From Candidatus Kapaibacterium sp. (lineage in GTDB: Bacteria > Bacteroidota > Ignavibacteria > OLB7), in assembly GCA_039917235.1 (NCBI GenBank), contig JBDSJW010000481.1, forward strand, positions 1 to 39,884: a DNA stretch of 39,884 nt, read 5' to 3'. The translations under genes and the position numbers were made by a program. The notes beneath the pieces were generated by a model. That model did no database searches. It was not told the DNA's origin and saw only the letters and a list, made by a program, of their open reading frames with translations. Position 1 is the stretch's first letter; every line of letters begins with the position of its first letter. Shown here piece after piece: positions 1-8,643 of the stretch.

Positions 1-1175
1 CATCCGGCGGCAACTCCCCGCTGACACTGACAGCATCCTATACCGATTACCGCTTCCGCCTCTTCAGCAATTTCACGTTCTTCAAGGAACACCCGGAAAG
101 CGGCGACGAGATTGAGCAGACCGACAGCCGCTCCATCCTGGCGCTGAAGGCGGAGAACGACATCATCTACCTGCTTGGCTCCATCCCAATGCGCACCCGC
201 TTCGGCATCGATCTCCGCAACGATGATATCATGGTTGGACTGTTCCACGACTCCGCGCGCGTCAGGCTGGAAACCACCAGCGATGCAGCGATCGCCCAGC
301 GCCAGTTGGGGCCGTACGCCGAGCAGGAGATCATCCTCCCGTGGGCACAGTTCCTTTTCGGCCTCCGCGCCGACTATTTCAGCTTCGATGTTGAGAACCG
401 GCTCAGGCAGGGAACGCAGCCGGAGGGAATCGCCCAGAAACTCCTCCTCTCCCCCAAGGCAAGCGTTGCCGTGCCGATCAATGATGACGCCGCGCTCTTC
501 CTGAATTCCGGCTTTGGATTTCACTCCAACGATGCCCGGGACGTTGTGCGCGAGCAGGGAAACCGGACGCTCCCGCGGGCATTGGGCGCCGAGGTCGGCT
601 TCCGCTACGGCGGCCCGAACGATCTGATTTCAGGCTCCGCGGCGGCCTGGATGCTGAACCTGGAGAGCGAGTTTGTCTATATCGGCGATGAGGGTTCCAC
701 CGAGGCAAGCGGGCGAACGCATCGCGAGGGGATCGATCTTGAGCTTCGCATCAACCCGGTCCGCTGGCTTGCCCTTGGCGCCGACGCAACCATCTCCAGA
801 GGCCGTTCGGTGGATGATGCCGAAGGGAAGAATTATATCCCGCTGGCGCCGAATCTTACCATATCCGGCAACGCTCTTTTCCATCTGGACAACTTCTCCG
901 CCGCCACCCGCCTCCGGCTGGTTGGCGACCGCCCAGCAAATGCCGACAACTCGGTCCGCGCGAAGGGATACGGCATTGTCGATCTCTCCGCATCCTACAA
1001 GCTGGGAATGGCGGAGCTGTTCGTGAACGTGGAAAACCTCCTCAACGCCGAATGGAACGAGGCGCAGTTCGATACCGAAAGCCGTCTGCGTAGCGAAGCC
1101 GCCCCCGTCGATGAACTCCATTTCACGGCCGGAACGCCCAGATCGATACGGAGTGGAGTTGCTGTAAGATTTTAA
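1..1175 (+). CDS. TonB-dependent receptor-type outer-membrane beta-barrel, C-terminal portion (5' end outside the window)
   Basis: Frame 3 is open from base 3 to the TAA at 1173-1175; the track ORF 189..1175 only begins at the first Met. Alternating beta-strand pattern, ...FVNVENLLNAEWNEAQF... near the end, and a C-terminal ...SGVAVRF aromatic terminus typical of TonB-dependent transporter barrels. Confidence 0.7.
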   Translation, partial: SGGNSPLTLTASYTDYRFRLFSNFTFFKEHPESGDEIEQTDSRSILALKAENDIIYLLGSIPMRTRFGIDLRNDDIMVGLFHDSARVRLETTSDAAIAQRQLGPYAEQEIILPWAQFLFGLRADYFSFDVENRLRQGTQPEGIAQKLLLSPKASVAVPINDDAALFLNSGFGFHSNDARDVVREQGNRTLPRALGAEVGFRYGGPNDLISGSAAAWMLNLESEFVYIGDEGSTEASGRTHREGIDLELRINPVRWLALGADATISRGRSVDDAEGKNYIPLAPNLTISGNALFHLDNFSAATRLRLVGDRPANADNSVRAKGYGIVDLSASYKLGMAELFVNVENLLNAEWNEAQFDTESRLRSEAAPVDELHFTAGTPRSIRSGVAVRF

Positions 1176-1351
1176 CAGACTGTTGAACAGCGTCATCTGC
1201 TGCGTCCGGGGACGTTTCAAACGTCCCCCGACATTCACCGTTCGCTCACTGAGGCGTCCAGAAGGACGCCTCATTCGCTCAGGTTCGGCCGCCTTGCATC
1301 TGATCGTCCTTGAACAGTCTGACTGCCGGAAGTAATTCAACAGTCTGTTAA
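1172..1351. repeat. ~180-bp intergenic element bounded by perfect 16-bp inverted repeats, with two internal GC-rich hairpins (MITE/REP-like)
   Basis: TTAACAGACTGTTGAA at 1172-1187 is the exact reverse complement of TTCAACAGTCTGTTAA at 1336-1351. Inside lie the palindrome GGGGACGTTTCAAACGTCCCC (1208-1228), the hairpin GAGGCGTCC-AGAA-GGACGCCTC (1251-1272), and a third partial copy TGAACAGTCTG at 1311-1321. Confidence 0.6.
1208..1234. repeat. 27-nt palindromic REP-like unit, copy A
   Basis: GGGGACGTTTCAAACGTCCCCCGACAT is a 10-bp perfect stem around one central base plus a CGACAT tail. The same 27-mer with only the central base changed (C to G) recurs at 8593-8619. Confidence 0.8.
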
Positions 1352-1774
1352 TCGATCGCAACCTCAATCCCGCACGAACAACCACCCCTCCTCACCGGCA
1401 ATAGAAGAACAGAGCGGGCCGGGAGAGGATGCTGTTTCAGGAGCGCGCCACGCGCAATGAACGCCATCGAACTCCGCGGGAATCGAACAAGGCACAAAAC
1501 CACGCGACTATTAGCTACATTGGGGGTCAATTTTATCCGACTATCGGGCCGATAAGCCTGCCGGTTCGCATGCGCGATCCGCTGATTCAGCCTGATGAGA
1601 GCCGGAGATCCCGCGTCGAAACCAGAGTTATCCGGATGAATTCAGCTTGGGAAGAAAAAAAGCACGAGGTGGTTGATACGCGGCGGCATCCCTCCGATCG
1701 CATACATCGCCTGACCATGAGTATTCCCTCGCGGGCCGGCGCCGCCAACAGTCATCCGTGCTGATATACATCAC

Positions 1775-4700
1775 ATGATCCTCCTTCACATTGGCCTTGC
1801 TGACGGCCTTCTTTATCTCTGGAGCGAATCCTCCACCCCGATCCCTCCCCCCTCCCGGGCGGATGCGGACCGGCGTTCCCTGCCCGATCGCTATCCGTAT
1901 GATGGCGGAGCGGCGGGCCTGCGCGCGGCCTGCGCGGCGATGCGACTGCCACAGTCCGTCGCGGAGAGGAAGCCCGCGGAGATCAGCATTCACCTCCCGT
2001 CGTTTGCCGGAACGCCGGTGGCATCAAGCCCGCTCATCGCCGATCCCCCGCTGTCGCGTGCCAAGCAATCGATACGACCGTTTACCATTACCGCCCTTGG
2101 GCTGCTTCCCGATGAAGTAGTTGCGCTGATGGAATCCACAATGGATACCGGCGCGCCGCCGATCGCCGGTATCATCGCCGGATCGACCTTGAAGTTCTGG
2201 GCGGAGGTATTCCGCATGGCGGTCCGGCTTGCCGTGCGCGGGCAGTTCCTGCCGGGGGTTCTTTTCGACGGCACCAATTACCAGGCGTGCTGGGAGCCGG
2301 TGCTGGTCGGCACGGCACAGCGTCGCGCGGCCGCGCTGGCGGGACGCATGCCGGACGCATGCCGTGCCCTGGCCGTGGCGGGAGAAGCGGCACCGGATTC
2401 CTCGGCGCAATCGCTCCTCTACGAATTCCTCTGTATCGCCATCGATGCCCTTGTGCTCCAGTCGGTGGTCCCGGCCGAAACGGAGGAGCGGATTATTCCA
2501 ACGCGCCGGCGCGGGGTGGCCTCACGTCGCGCGCAGGCCGCCCCCCCCAGCATCGATGAACAGTGGCTTCATGCGCTCTCATCCCCCTCGGGGGAAATCA
2601 GCGGCAGCACGGCGGAACTTGAGGATCTGGCCTCCCGCATCCTGACGTGGAAATATCCTCTGCTCTCGGCGCAGACGGGGCCGTTCCGCCTCTGTTTCCG
2701 GCTGGAGGAACCGTTCGAGATGGAGTCCGCCGACAGCGGCAAAAGCGCCGAGCCGTGGACCGTCCGCTATCTCCTGCAATCGACCGCCGACCCCAGCCTG
2801 CTTGTCGATGTTGCCAGCATCTGGAGCCCCGGCGGGGAGCATTCCGCGCTCCCCGCGAACATTGGCTCCAACGCACGGGCGCATCTGCTGACCGCGCTTG
2901 GTCGGGCATCCAAACTGCTCCCCGATATCGAGGCAAGCCTCCGAACACCCGCCCCCGACGGCTATCACCTTGATGCAACGGGTGCATATCGCTTCCTTCA
3001 GGAACATGCGTGGCTGCTGGAACAGGCGGGATTTGGTGTGCTGCTGCCGGCATGGTGGACCCGCAAGGGAACCAAGCGACGGCTGGTGGCGCGCGCCGCC
3101 GTGCGGAGCCCGAAGCTGACGGCAAGGGCCGGACTTACGCTGGATGCTCTGGCAACGGTAAACTGGGAGATCGCGATGGGAGATACGCGGCTCTCGATCG
3201 AAGAGCTGCGACGGCTTGCACGGCTGAAAGCACCGCTGATACGGATGCGTGGCGAGTGGGTGGAGCTGGACCCGGCGGAGATCGAGGCGGTGATCGCGTA
3301 CTGGAAGAAGGGGAAGACGAGCGAGGTGATGCCGATCCGCGATGTTGTGCGGATGGCACTGGGCGCCGTCCCCGGCCCCGGAGGAATGGAGCTTGGCGGA
3401 GTGGATGCAACCGGCGCGGTGGAGGAACTGCTGGAACGGCTCGGCGGGAGCAAAGGCCCGGGGGCAATCCCGGTGCCGGCGGGCTTTCATGGAACGCTTC
3501 GCCCCTATCAGGAACAGGGCTTCGCGTGGCTTGCCTTCCTCCGATCGCTCGGCCTTGGCGCATGCCTGGCCGATGACATGGGCCTCGGAAAGACGATTCA
3601 GACCCTTGCGCTCCTTGAACGCGACTGGGAGAAAGGGAGCGAGGGCCCAACGCTCCTGGTATGCCCCACATCGGTTATGGGGAACTGGCGCCGCGAGGCG
3701 GAACGGTTCACCCCAGGGCTGCCGGTGATGATGCACCACGGGGTGGCCCGCAGCAGGGGCGCCGCCTTTACCCGCGAGGCCAGACAAAACGCGCTTGTGG
3801 TAACCAGCTACCCGCTCCTCCACCGCGATGCCGAGGTGCTTGGCAGGATGTCCTGGAGCGGCATCATTCTGGACGAGGCGCAGAACATCAAGAACCCGGA
3901 GACCAGGCAGGCACGGGCCGCGCGGGCGCTTATCGGTAATTATCGTATCGCGCTCACCGGCACGCCGGTGGAAAATCATGTGGGGGATCTCTGGTCGATC
4001 ATGGAATTTCTCAACCCCGGATTTCTCGGCACGCGCGCGGCGTTCAAACGGGCGTTCTTCCTCCCCATTCAGTCCGGGGGCGATCCCGCCGCCGCCGAGC
4101 GGCTTAAGCGCCTCACCGGCCCGTTTATCCTCCGCCGCCTGAAAACCGATCGATCGATTATCACCGACCTCCCGGAGAAACAGGAGATGAAAGTCTTCTG
4201 CACGCTCACGCGGGAACAGGCATCGCTCTATCAGGCAGTGGTGGATGAAATGACCGGAAGCCTGGATGATGCCGAGGGGATTCAGCGGAAGGGGATGGTG
4301 CTGGCCGGAATCGTGAAGCTGAAACAGGTCTGCAACCACCCGGCGCAGTTCCTTGGCGATAATTCCACGATCGCCGGCCGATCCGGGAAACTGGACCGGC
4401 TGACGGAGATGCTGGAGGAGGCGCTGGCGGAGGGGGATCGCGCGCTGGTCTTTACGCAGTTCGCGGAGATGGGGGGCATCATCAAACGCCATCTCCAGGA
4501 GACATTTGGCGTGGAGGCACTCTTCCTTCATGGCGCCACGCCGACAAAACAGCGCGACCGGATGGTGGAACGCTTTCAGGCCGAACACTCCGCCCCTCCC
4601 ATCTTTATTCTCTCGCTGAAAGCCGGCGGAAGCGGGTTGAACCTGACGGCGGCCGCCCATGTGTTCCATTTCGATCGGTGGTGGAATCCGGCGGTGGAAA

Positions 4701-4927
4701 ATCAGGCCACCGACCGCGCATTCCGCATCGGGCAGCAGCGGAATGTACAGGTGCATAAATTTCTCTGCGCCGGAACCGTGGAGGAGAAGATCGATGAGAT
4801 GATCGAACAGAAGCAGAAGATAGCCTCAACGATCGTGGGCGGCGGCGGCGAGGCGTGGCTTACAACGCTCTCCACCGCCGAGCTGAAGGCGGTCCTCGCA
4901 CTACGCGCCGATGCGCTGGGAGAATAA
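1775..4927 (+). CDS. SNF2/SWI2-family DEAD-like helicase (bacterial type with a long N-terminal SNF2-associated region)
   Basis: 1050-aa ORF. Motif I LADDMGLGKT, motif II DEAQNIKN, motif III LTGTPVENHVGDLW, and helicase-C motifs SLKAGGSGLNLTAAAHVFHFDRWWNPAVENQATDRAFRIGQ. The N-terminus MILLHIGL...LYLWSE resembles the usual start of bacterial SNF2 proteins. Confidence 0.95.
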   Translation: MILLHIGLADGLLYLWSESSTPIPPPSRADADRRSLPDRYPYDGGAAGLRAACAAMRLPQSVAERKPAEISIHLPSFAGTPVASSPLIADPPLSRAKQSIRPFTITALGLLPDEVVALMESTMDTGAPPIAGIIAGSTLKFWAEVFRMAVRLAVRGQFLPGVLFDGTNYQACWEPVLVGTAQRRAAALAGRMPDACRALAVAGEAAPDSSAQSLLYEFLCIAIDALVLQSVVPAETEERIIPTRRRGVASRRAQAAPPSIDEQWLHALSSPSGEISGSTAELEDLASRILTWKYPLLSAQTGPFRLCFRLEEPFEMESADSGKSAEPWTVRYLLQSTADPSLLVDVASIWSPGGEHSALPANIGSNARAHLLTALGRASKLLPDIEASLRTPAPDGYHLDATGAYRFLQEHAWLLEQAGFGVLLPAWWTRKGTKRRLVARAAVRSPKLTARAGLTLDALATVNWEIAMGDTRLSIEELRRLARLKAPLIRMRGEWVELDPAEIEAVIAYWKKGKTSEVMPIRDVVRMALGAVPGPGGMELGGVDATGAVEELLERLGGSKGPGAIPVPAGFHGTLRPYQEQGFAWLAFLRSLGLGACLADDMGLGKTIQTLALLERDWEKGSEGPTLLVCPTSVMGNWRREAERFTPGLPVMMHHGVARSRGAAFTREARQNALVVTSYPLLHRDAEVLGRMSWSGIILDEAQNIKNPETRQARAARALIGNYRIALTGTPVENHVGDLWSIMEFLNPGFLGTRAAFKRAFFLPIQSGGDPAAAERLKRLTGPFILRRLKTDRSIITDLPEKQEMKVFCTLTREQASLYQAVVDEMTGSLDDAEGIQRKGMVLAGIVKLKQVCNHPAQFLGDNSTIAGRSGKLDRLTEMLEEALAEGDRALVFTQFAEMGGIIKRHLQETFGVEALFLHGATPTKQRDRMVERFQAEHSAPPIFILSLKAGGSGLNLTAAAHVFHFDRWWNPAVENQATDRAFRIGQQRNVQVHKFLCAGTVEEKIDEMIEQKQKIASTIVGGGGEAWLTTLSTAELKAVLALRADALGE

Positions 4928-4931
4928 TATC

Positions 4932-5804
4932 ATGAAGGATTTCAACAACTGGCGTTTCAAACCATCGCGGCACCGTGAACCCGGCGGGGGGATCAAATCC
5001 CGATCGCAGCGGGGAGCGTTCGGCACAAGCTGGTGGGCAAAGCGCTGGATCAGCGTTCTTGAACGGTTCGATCTCGGCCCGCGCCTGGCCCGCGGTCGCG
5101 CCTACGCCCGGGGAGGCCGCGTCCTCTCGATCGCGATAGAAAAAGGGATCGTCACCGCAAAAGTGCAGGGGTCGCATGCCTACAACGTGTGGATCGAGGT
5201 GAAGACCCTTTCGCCGGAGCAGTGGGATACGCTGGCGAAGGCGCTCTCGGAACAGGCGATCTTCGCGGCCCAGCTCCTGGCGGGCGAGATGCCTGATGAT
5301 ATCGAGACGGTGTTCCATGATACCGGCATCCCCCTCTTCCCCGCCAATGTGCGCGATCTGGAAACCGACTGCACATGCCCTGACTGGTCCAACCCCTGCA
5401 AGCATATCGCGGCGGTCTACTATCTGCTCGGCGAGGAATTCGACCGCGACCCATTCCTGATCTTCAAGCTCCGTGGAATGGAACGGGAGGAGCTGATAAC
5501 AAGGCTGGCACCGGCCGGGGAAACCGGCACCAGCGCGGAGGACCAGCCGGCCATGCCGCCGGAACCGCTTCGTGCCGATCCATCGCTCTTCTGGGGAACC
5601 GATTCCTATGCCGATCCCGAACCCGCCGAGCTGAGAACGCCTCCCGTTTCGGCGGCGCTGGTGCGGCAGCTTGGAGCGTTTCCGTTCTGGCGGGGAAAGG
5701 AAGCGCTGGAGGAGAGCCTGGTGAAAGTCTATGAGCGGGTGGGAACGATGCTGCGCGATCCCCAGGATGGCGCAACGGAAGCGGAAATCATATCAGAGGA
5801 TTAA
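4932..5804 (+). CDS. SWIM zinc-finger domain protein, partner of the SNF2 helicase
   Basis: CxC-x(n)-CxH signature CTCPDWSNPCKH. ATG at 4932 lies 4 nt after the helicase TAA and is preceded by GGGAGAA (4918-4924). The track start at 4911 lacks a ribosome-binding site and overlaps the helicase. Confidence 0.9.
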   Translation: MKDFNNWRFKPSRHREPGGGIKSRSQRGAFGTSWWAKRWISVLERFDLGPRLARGRAYARGGRVLSIAIEKGIVTAKVQGSHAYNVWIEVKTLSPEQWDTLAKALSEQAIFAAQLLAGEMPDDIETVFHDTGIPLFPANVRDLETDCTCPDWSNPCKHIAAVYYLLGEEFDRDPFLIFKLRGMEREELITRLAPAGETGTSAEDQPAMPPEPLRADPSLFWGTDSYADPEPAELRTPPVSAALVRQLGAFPFWRGKEALEESLVKVYERVGTMLRDPQDGATEAEIISED

Positions 5805-5886
5805 ATTCCGGGGGATGTGTGATGAACTGGCACGGAACGTGCATTGGTTTACCGCTGAAATCTCTATTAACAAACGGAACATATCA

Positions 5887-6447
5887 ATGACTCTGAAATC
5901 CACACTTCTCCTTGCCGCGGCCGTGATGATTACCTTCTCCGCCTGCAAGGATAACGATGCTGAATATGTGGCGCTGGATCACGACTGGGACGCCGCCGAT
6001 AGCGCCTACCTGGTTGATTATACCGCCGTCAACACCTCCTATACGCAGCTTGAAAAGGATATCCAGGCCGCCAACGCCGCGGGGGATACAGCCGCGGCCG
6101 CTCGCTATGCCGCCGCGCAGCAGAAGATCGCGGCAAACAGGAAGGCACTTGCCGATATGGACGCAAAGCGCGCCCAGGCCCGCACCGCCCGCGATGCCGC
6201 CCGTACCGCGAAGAACAAGGCCGCGTACGACAGCGCCCGCAGCGCCATCGATTATAACGCCTGGAAGGCTGATCTGGACCGGATGAAGGCCGAGCAGAAT
6301 GAGCTCCAGGGAACGATCAAGATCGGAAGCAAAACGGTTGGCGCGGTGGATGTCAATACCAAGGACCCCCACAAGCCGCTGGTACGCGTCGAGCCGGGAA
6401 AGAACGATAACAAGCCCCTGATCGAGAGGAACAAGAACCCGAAATAA
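5887..6447 (+). CDS. Ala-rich coiled-coil lipoprotein (hypothetical)
   Basis: Internal ATG at 5887 gives MTLKSTLLLAAAVMITFSAC-KDN, a signal peptide plus lipobox Cys. The rest is Ala/Lys/Asp-rich and helical-looking. The upstream part of track ORF 5731..6447 has no signal-like sequence. Confidence 0.7.
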   Translation: MTLKSTLLLAAAVMITFSACKDNDAEYVALDHDWDAADSAYLVDYTAVNTSYTQLEKDIQAANAAGDTAAAARYAAAQQKIAANRKALADMDAKRAQARTARDAARTAKNKAAYDSARSAIDYNAWKADLDRMKAEQNELQGTIKIGSKTVGAVDVNTKDPHKPLVRVEPGKNDNKPLIERNKNPK

Positions 6448-6464
6448 TTCGGGATAGACGGTCG

Positions 6465-6500
6465 GGTGGTAGGGGCGATTCGTGAATTGCCCCTACCACC
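6465..6500. terminator. 12-bp GC-rich hairpin between convergent genes (possible bidirectional terminator; no clear U-tract)
   Basis: GGTGGTAGGGGC (6465-6476), a 12-nt loop, then GCCCCTACCACC (6489-6500). It sits between the stop at 6447 (+) and the stop at 6493 (-), and the right arm overlaps the minus-strand stop codon. Confidence 0.4.
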
Positions 6501-8505
6501 TCGTACTCAGCGTGGCGCTTAACAGAAACTCGTTATAATTGCTCGTCGATACCACAAAGCTCCGATAGACATTCCGCTGCGCGCTTACCTCGAACACCCC
6601 GAAATCCCACAGTCCAACCGAACTGGTAATAAAGAATCCGACGTTATCATCGGTCCCTCCCTGCTTCGAAATGTTGAAGCCGGCCGTGTTGTTCCAGATA
6701 TCGAACGCGGTATATGATGCCCCGAGATCGACCGATAGAAGCGTGTTGGCGCTATCCCCCGCCGCCTGTAGCGATGACGATGTCACGCCGACGCTGAGCG
6801 ATAATGGGAACGCGAAGTTCACAAACTGATTGGCCCCGATCGTCGTGACGCCGTAATCGCTTATCCCCTGGTAGGAATTGCTGTTCTGCCGCGAAAAATT
6901 CACCGTGGTCCCGCCGTTAACCCCAAACACCTTGTAGTTATACCCCGCCGTGGCGGAGAGAAGCGATGTCGTGTTGTTGATATCGACCAGGTTGAGCGTG
7001 TCGGAGGCATCGCGATAGCGCTGCTCGTATGGGGAATATTGAAGGCGGAGATAGGGGTATTTCGAGAAGTTCAGCCCAAGCCCAACGCCGTACGAGAAGA
7101 TCGTCGTCTGCGAGGTCTTGAACGTCGGGAAGACATTGTCCATGTCACGCTTCACAAACACCGTCGCGGTGATCTGACGACGGAGGAATTTCTGCTCCAG
7201 GTTGGCATCCCAGCGGAGATTATCGTTTCTGAGCGATGGCACACCGAGTGAGAAATACGCCGGCCCAACCTTCCTGAGCGATGCCGTCAGCCGCGTATCG
7301 GTCTCCGGCAGCCTGATGATCGACCGCAACGCATACGCATAATCGACAACGCTGGAGATATTCGGGTCCACGGAGTTCCGCACAAAGTCCGGGATCTCGC
7401 TGCTCTGAAATCTCGCCGCCTCCTGATCCCCCGTCAGAAGCGATCCCGATCCCTCCGCCTGAAGGAGAAAATGATCCTCGAAGAGCGGAACATTGATATC
7501 CATCCCCAGAACGTAATTCGCTTTCGGCGTAACCGGCAGGCCGTTGCTGTCCAGCGGCAGCGAGCTTTTATCATCCTTCGCGTAGACGCCGGTGACGATG
7601 AAATGCCCGCCATCCTTCTTTCCATACCCGAGCCGGGCCGCGAAGAGCGTTCTGGTATATGATGGATTATTCAGCACCGTGTCGATCGACCCCGGCTGGA
7701 ATGAGCGCGGCAGAAGGATTGAGCGCTGCGTTTTTCCGGCCGCCGCCGCCACGTAGAACATGCCGGGATTCCACTCCACGTTCGCCCCGGTCACCGGAAC
7801 ATCGTTCAGCGTCAGGGGCGTATAATTCGGATAGGTGACGCCGACGGAGAGGGCGGGAAAATTGGCGAAGAACTTCTCCGATGCCGAGACCAGCCCAAGT
7901 TTGTCAAGCTGGCTCATGCTCTCGGAAAGCGCCTTGTCCTTGATCTTCTCGATATCGGCGTACTCCTTCAAATGATCAAGCTCGCGCAGCTTCTCCTCGC
8001 CGATACCCCCCAGCGAATCGCGCAGGCGCTCCACCCCGCCGGCCGCGTCCTGCAATCGCTTCAGCTCCTCGATCTCGCTCACCTTCTCGTAGGCGCGCTG
8101 AAGGATCTCCCCCTCCAGCTTGTGATAATCCAGATCGAAGCTGATGCTGTTCATGTTCTGGCGGTAGATGCTCTGCTCCGTGGAGAGGACAAGGTTAACC
8201 GTAAATGGGACATTGTAGAAGCTGAGCGTGGGGCTTAGTTCCATCCGCACGAAATCCGCTGGCGTCTCCTGATATGTCCCCTGCCGGTTCGCGGTCTGCG
8301 CGTACATCCTGGCGCTGCCGGAGAAGAGAAACGGCGATTGGGCCGGGGCTGGAACCGGCGTGGGGCTTACGGCGCTCCCTGAGTCAATCGGCGGAGCCGG
8401 CTGCGCGGATGCCCCGGCGGATGCAAACGCCGCGATCATCGAAACCAGCAACGATTGAAAAAGCACGCGCCGGTATCCGCCATTCGAAACAACCCTGACC
8501 GCCAT
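6493..8505 (-). CDS. Outer-membrane beta-barrel protein with an N-proximal coiled-coil segment (hypothetical)
   Basis: ATG at 8505 follows GGAAAGG and gives MAVRVVSNGGYRRVLFQSLLVSMIAAFASAGASAQP, a signal peptide. The charged heptad-like stretch LEGEILQRAYEKVSEIEELKRLQ...KIKDKALSESMSQLDKL is followed by ~450 aa of alternating amphipathic strands ending ...LSATLSTRW, an aromatic terminus. Confidence 0.75.
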   Translation of the reverse strand: MAVRVVSNGGYRRVLFQSLLVSMIAAFASAGASAQPAPPIDSGSAVSPTPVPAPAQSPFLFSGSARMYAQTANRQGTYQETPADFVRMELSPTLSFYNVPFTVNLVLSTEQSIYRQNMNSISFDLDYHKLEGEILQRAYEKVSEIEELKRLQDAAGGVERLRDSLGGIGEEKLRELDHLKEYADIEKIKDKALSESMSQLDKLGLVSASEKFFANFPALSVGVTYPNYTPLTLNDVPVTGANVEWNPGMFYVAAAAGKTQRSILLPRSFQPGSIDTVLNNPSYTRTLFAARLGYGKKDGGHFIVTGVYAKDDKSSLPLDSNGLPVTPKANYVLGMDINVPLFEDHFLLQAEGSGSLLTGDQEAARFQSSEIPDFVRNSVDPNISSVVDYAYALRSIIRLPETDTRLTASLRKVGPAYFSLGVPSLRNDNLRWDANLEQKFLRRQITATVFVKRDMDNVFPTFKTSQTTIFSYGVGLGLNFSKYPYLRLQYSPYEQRYRDASDTLNLVDINNTTSLLSATAGYNYKVFGVNGGTTVNFSRQNSNSYQGISDYGVTTIGANQFVNFAFPLSLSVGVTSSSLQAAGDSANTLLSVDLGASYTAFDIWNNTAGFNISKQGGTDDNVGFFITSSVGLWDFGVFEVSAQRNVYRSFVVSTSNYNEFLLSATLSTRW

Positions 8506-8592
8506 GAGCAAACACCTTTCCCAGCAGGGATATTGATTGATCTTGTTCAATGCATAACCGGAACGTTTCACCAGCGCCGGAGAAAGTTGTAC

Positions 8593-8619
8593 GGGGACGT
8601 TTGAAACGTCCCCCGACAT
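8593..8619. repeat. 27-nt palindromic REP-like unit, copy B
   Basis: GGGGACGTTTGAAACGTCCCCCGACAT matches 1208-1234 at 26 of 27 positions. It lies in the 138-nt gap between the 1450-aa gene stop (8644) and the barrel gene start (8505). Confidence 0.8.
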
Positions 8620-8643
8620 CCGACATCACACAACATCCACGCG

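Noticed and set aside
1478-1488. GGGAATCGAAC (reverse complement of a tRNA T-loop-like GTTCGATTCCC), and a second ATCGAAC 17 nt upstream
   Set aside because: The flanking bases do not form a T-stem, acceptor stem or anticodon arm on either strand, so this is not a tRNA.
1429-1764. 111-aa ORF, and overlapping antisense ORFs, in the 600-nt region upstream of the SNF2 gene
   Set aside because: Arg-rich, no ribosome-binding site and no motif. It overlaps equally long ORFs on the other strand, so it looks non-coding.
2579-4756. 725-aa ORF antisense to the SNF2 helicase gene, plus many shorter overlapping ORFs across 1791-4829
   Set aside because: The composition is heavily Arg/Pro/Gly/His-skewed with no motifs, while the sense strand carries a complete set of SNF2 motifs. 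This is a typical shadow ORF in GC-rich DNA.
8506-8619. Upstream ATG at 8619 that would extend the OM barrel protein by 38 residues
   Set aside because: The extension would be translated from the REP palindrome itself (MSGDVSNVPV...), and the signal peptide starts only at the Met encoded at 8505, which has an SD-like box.
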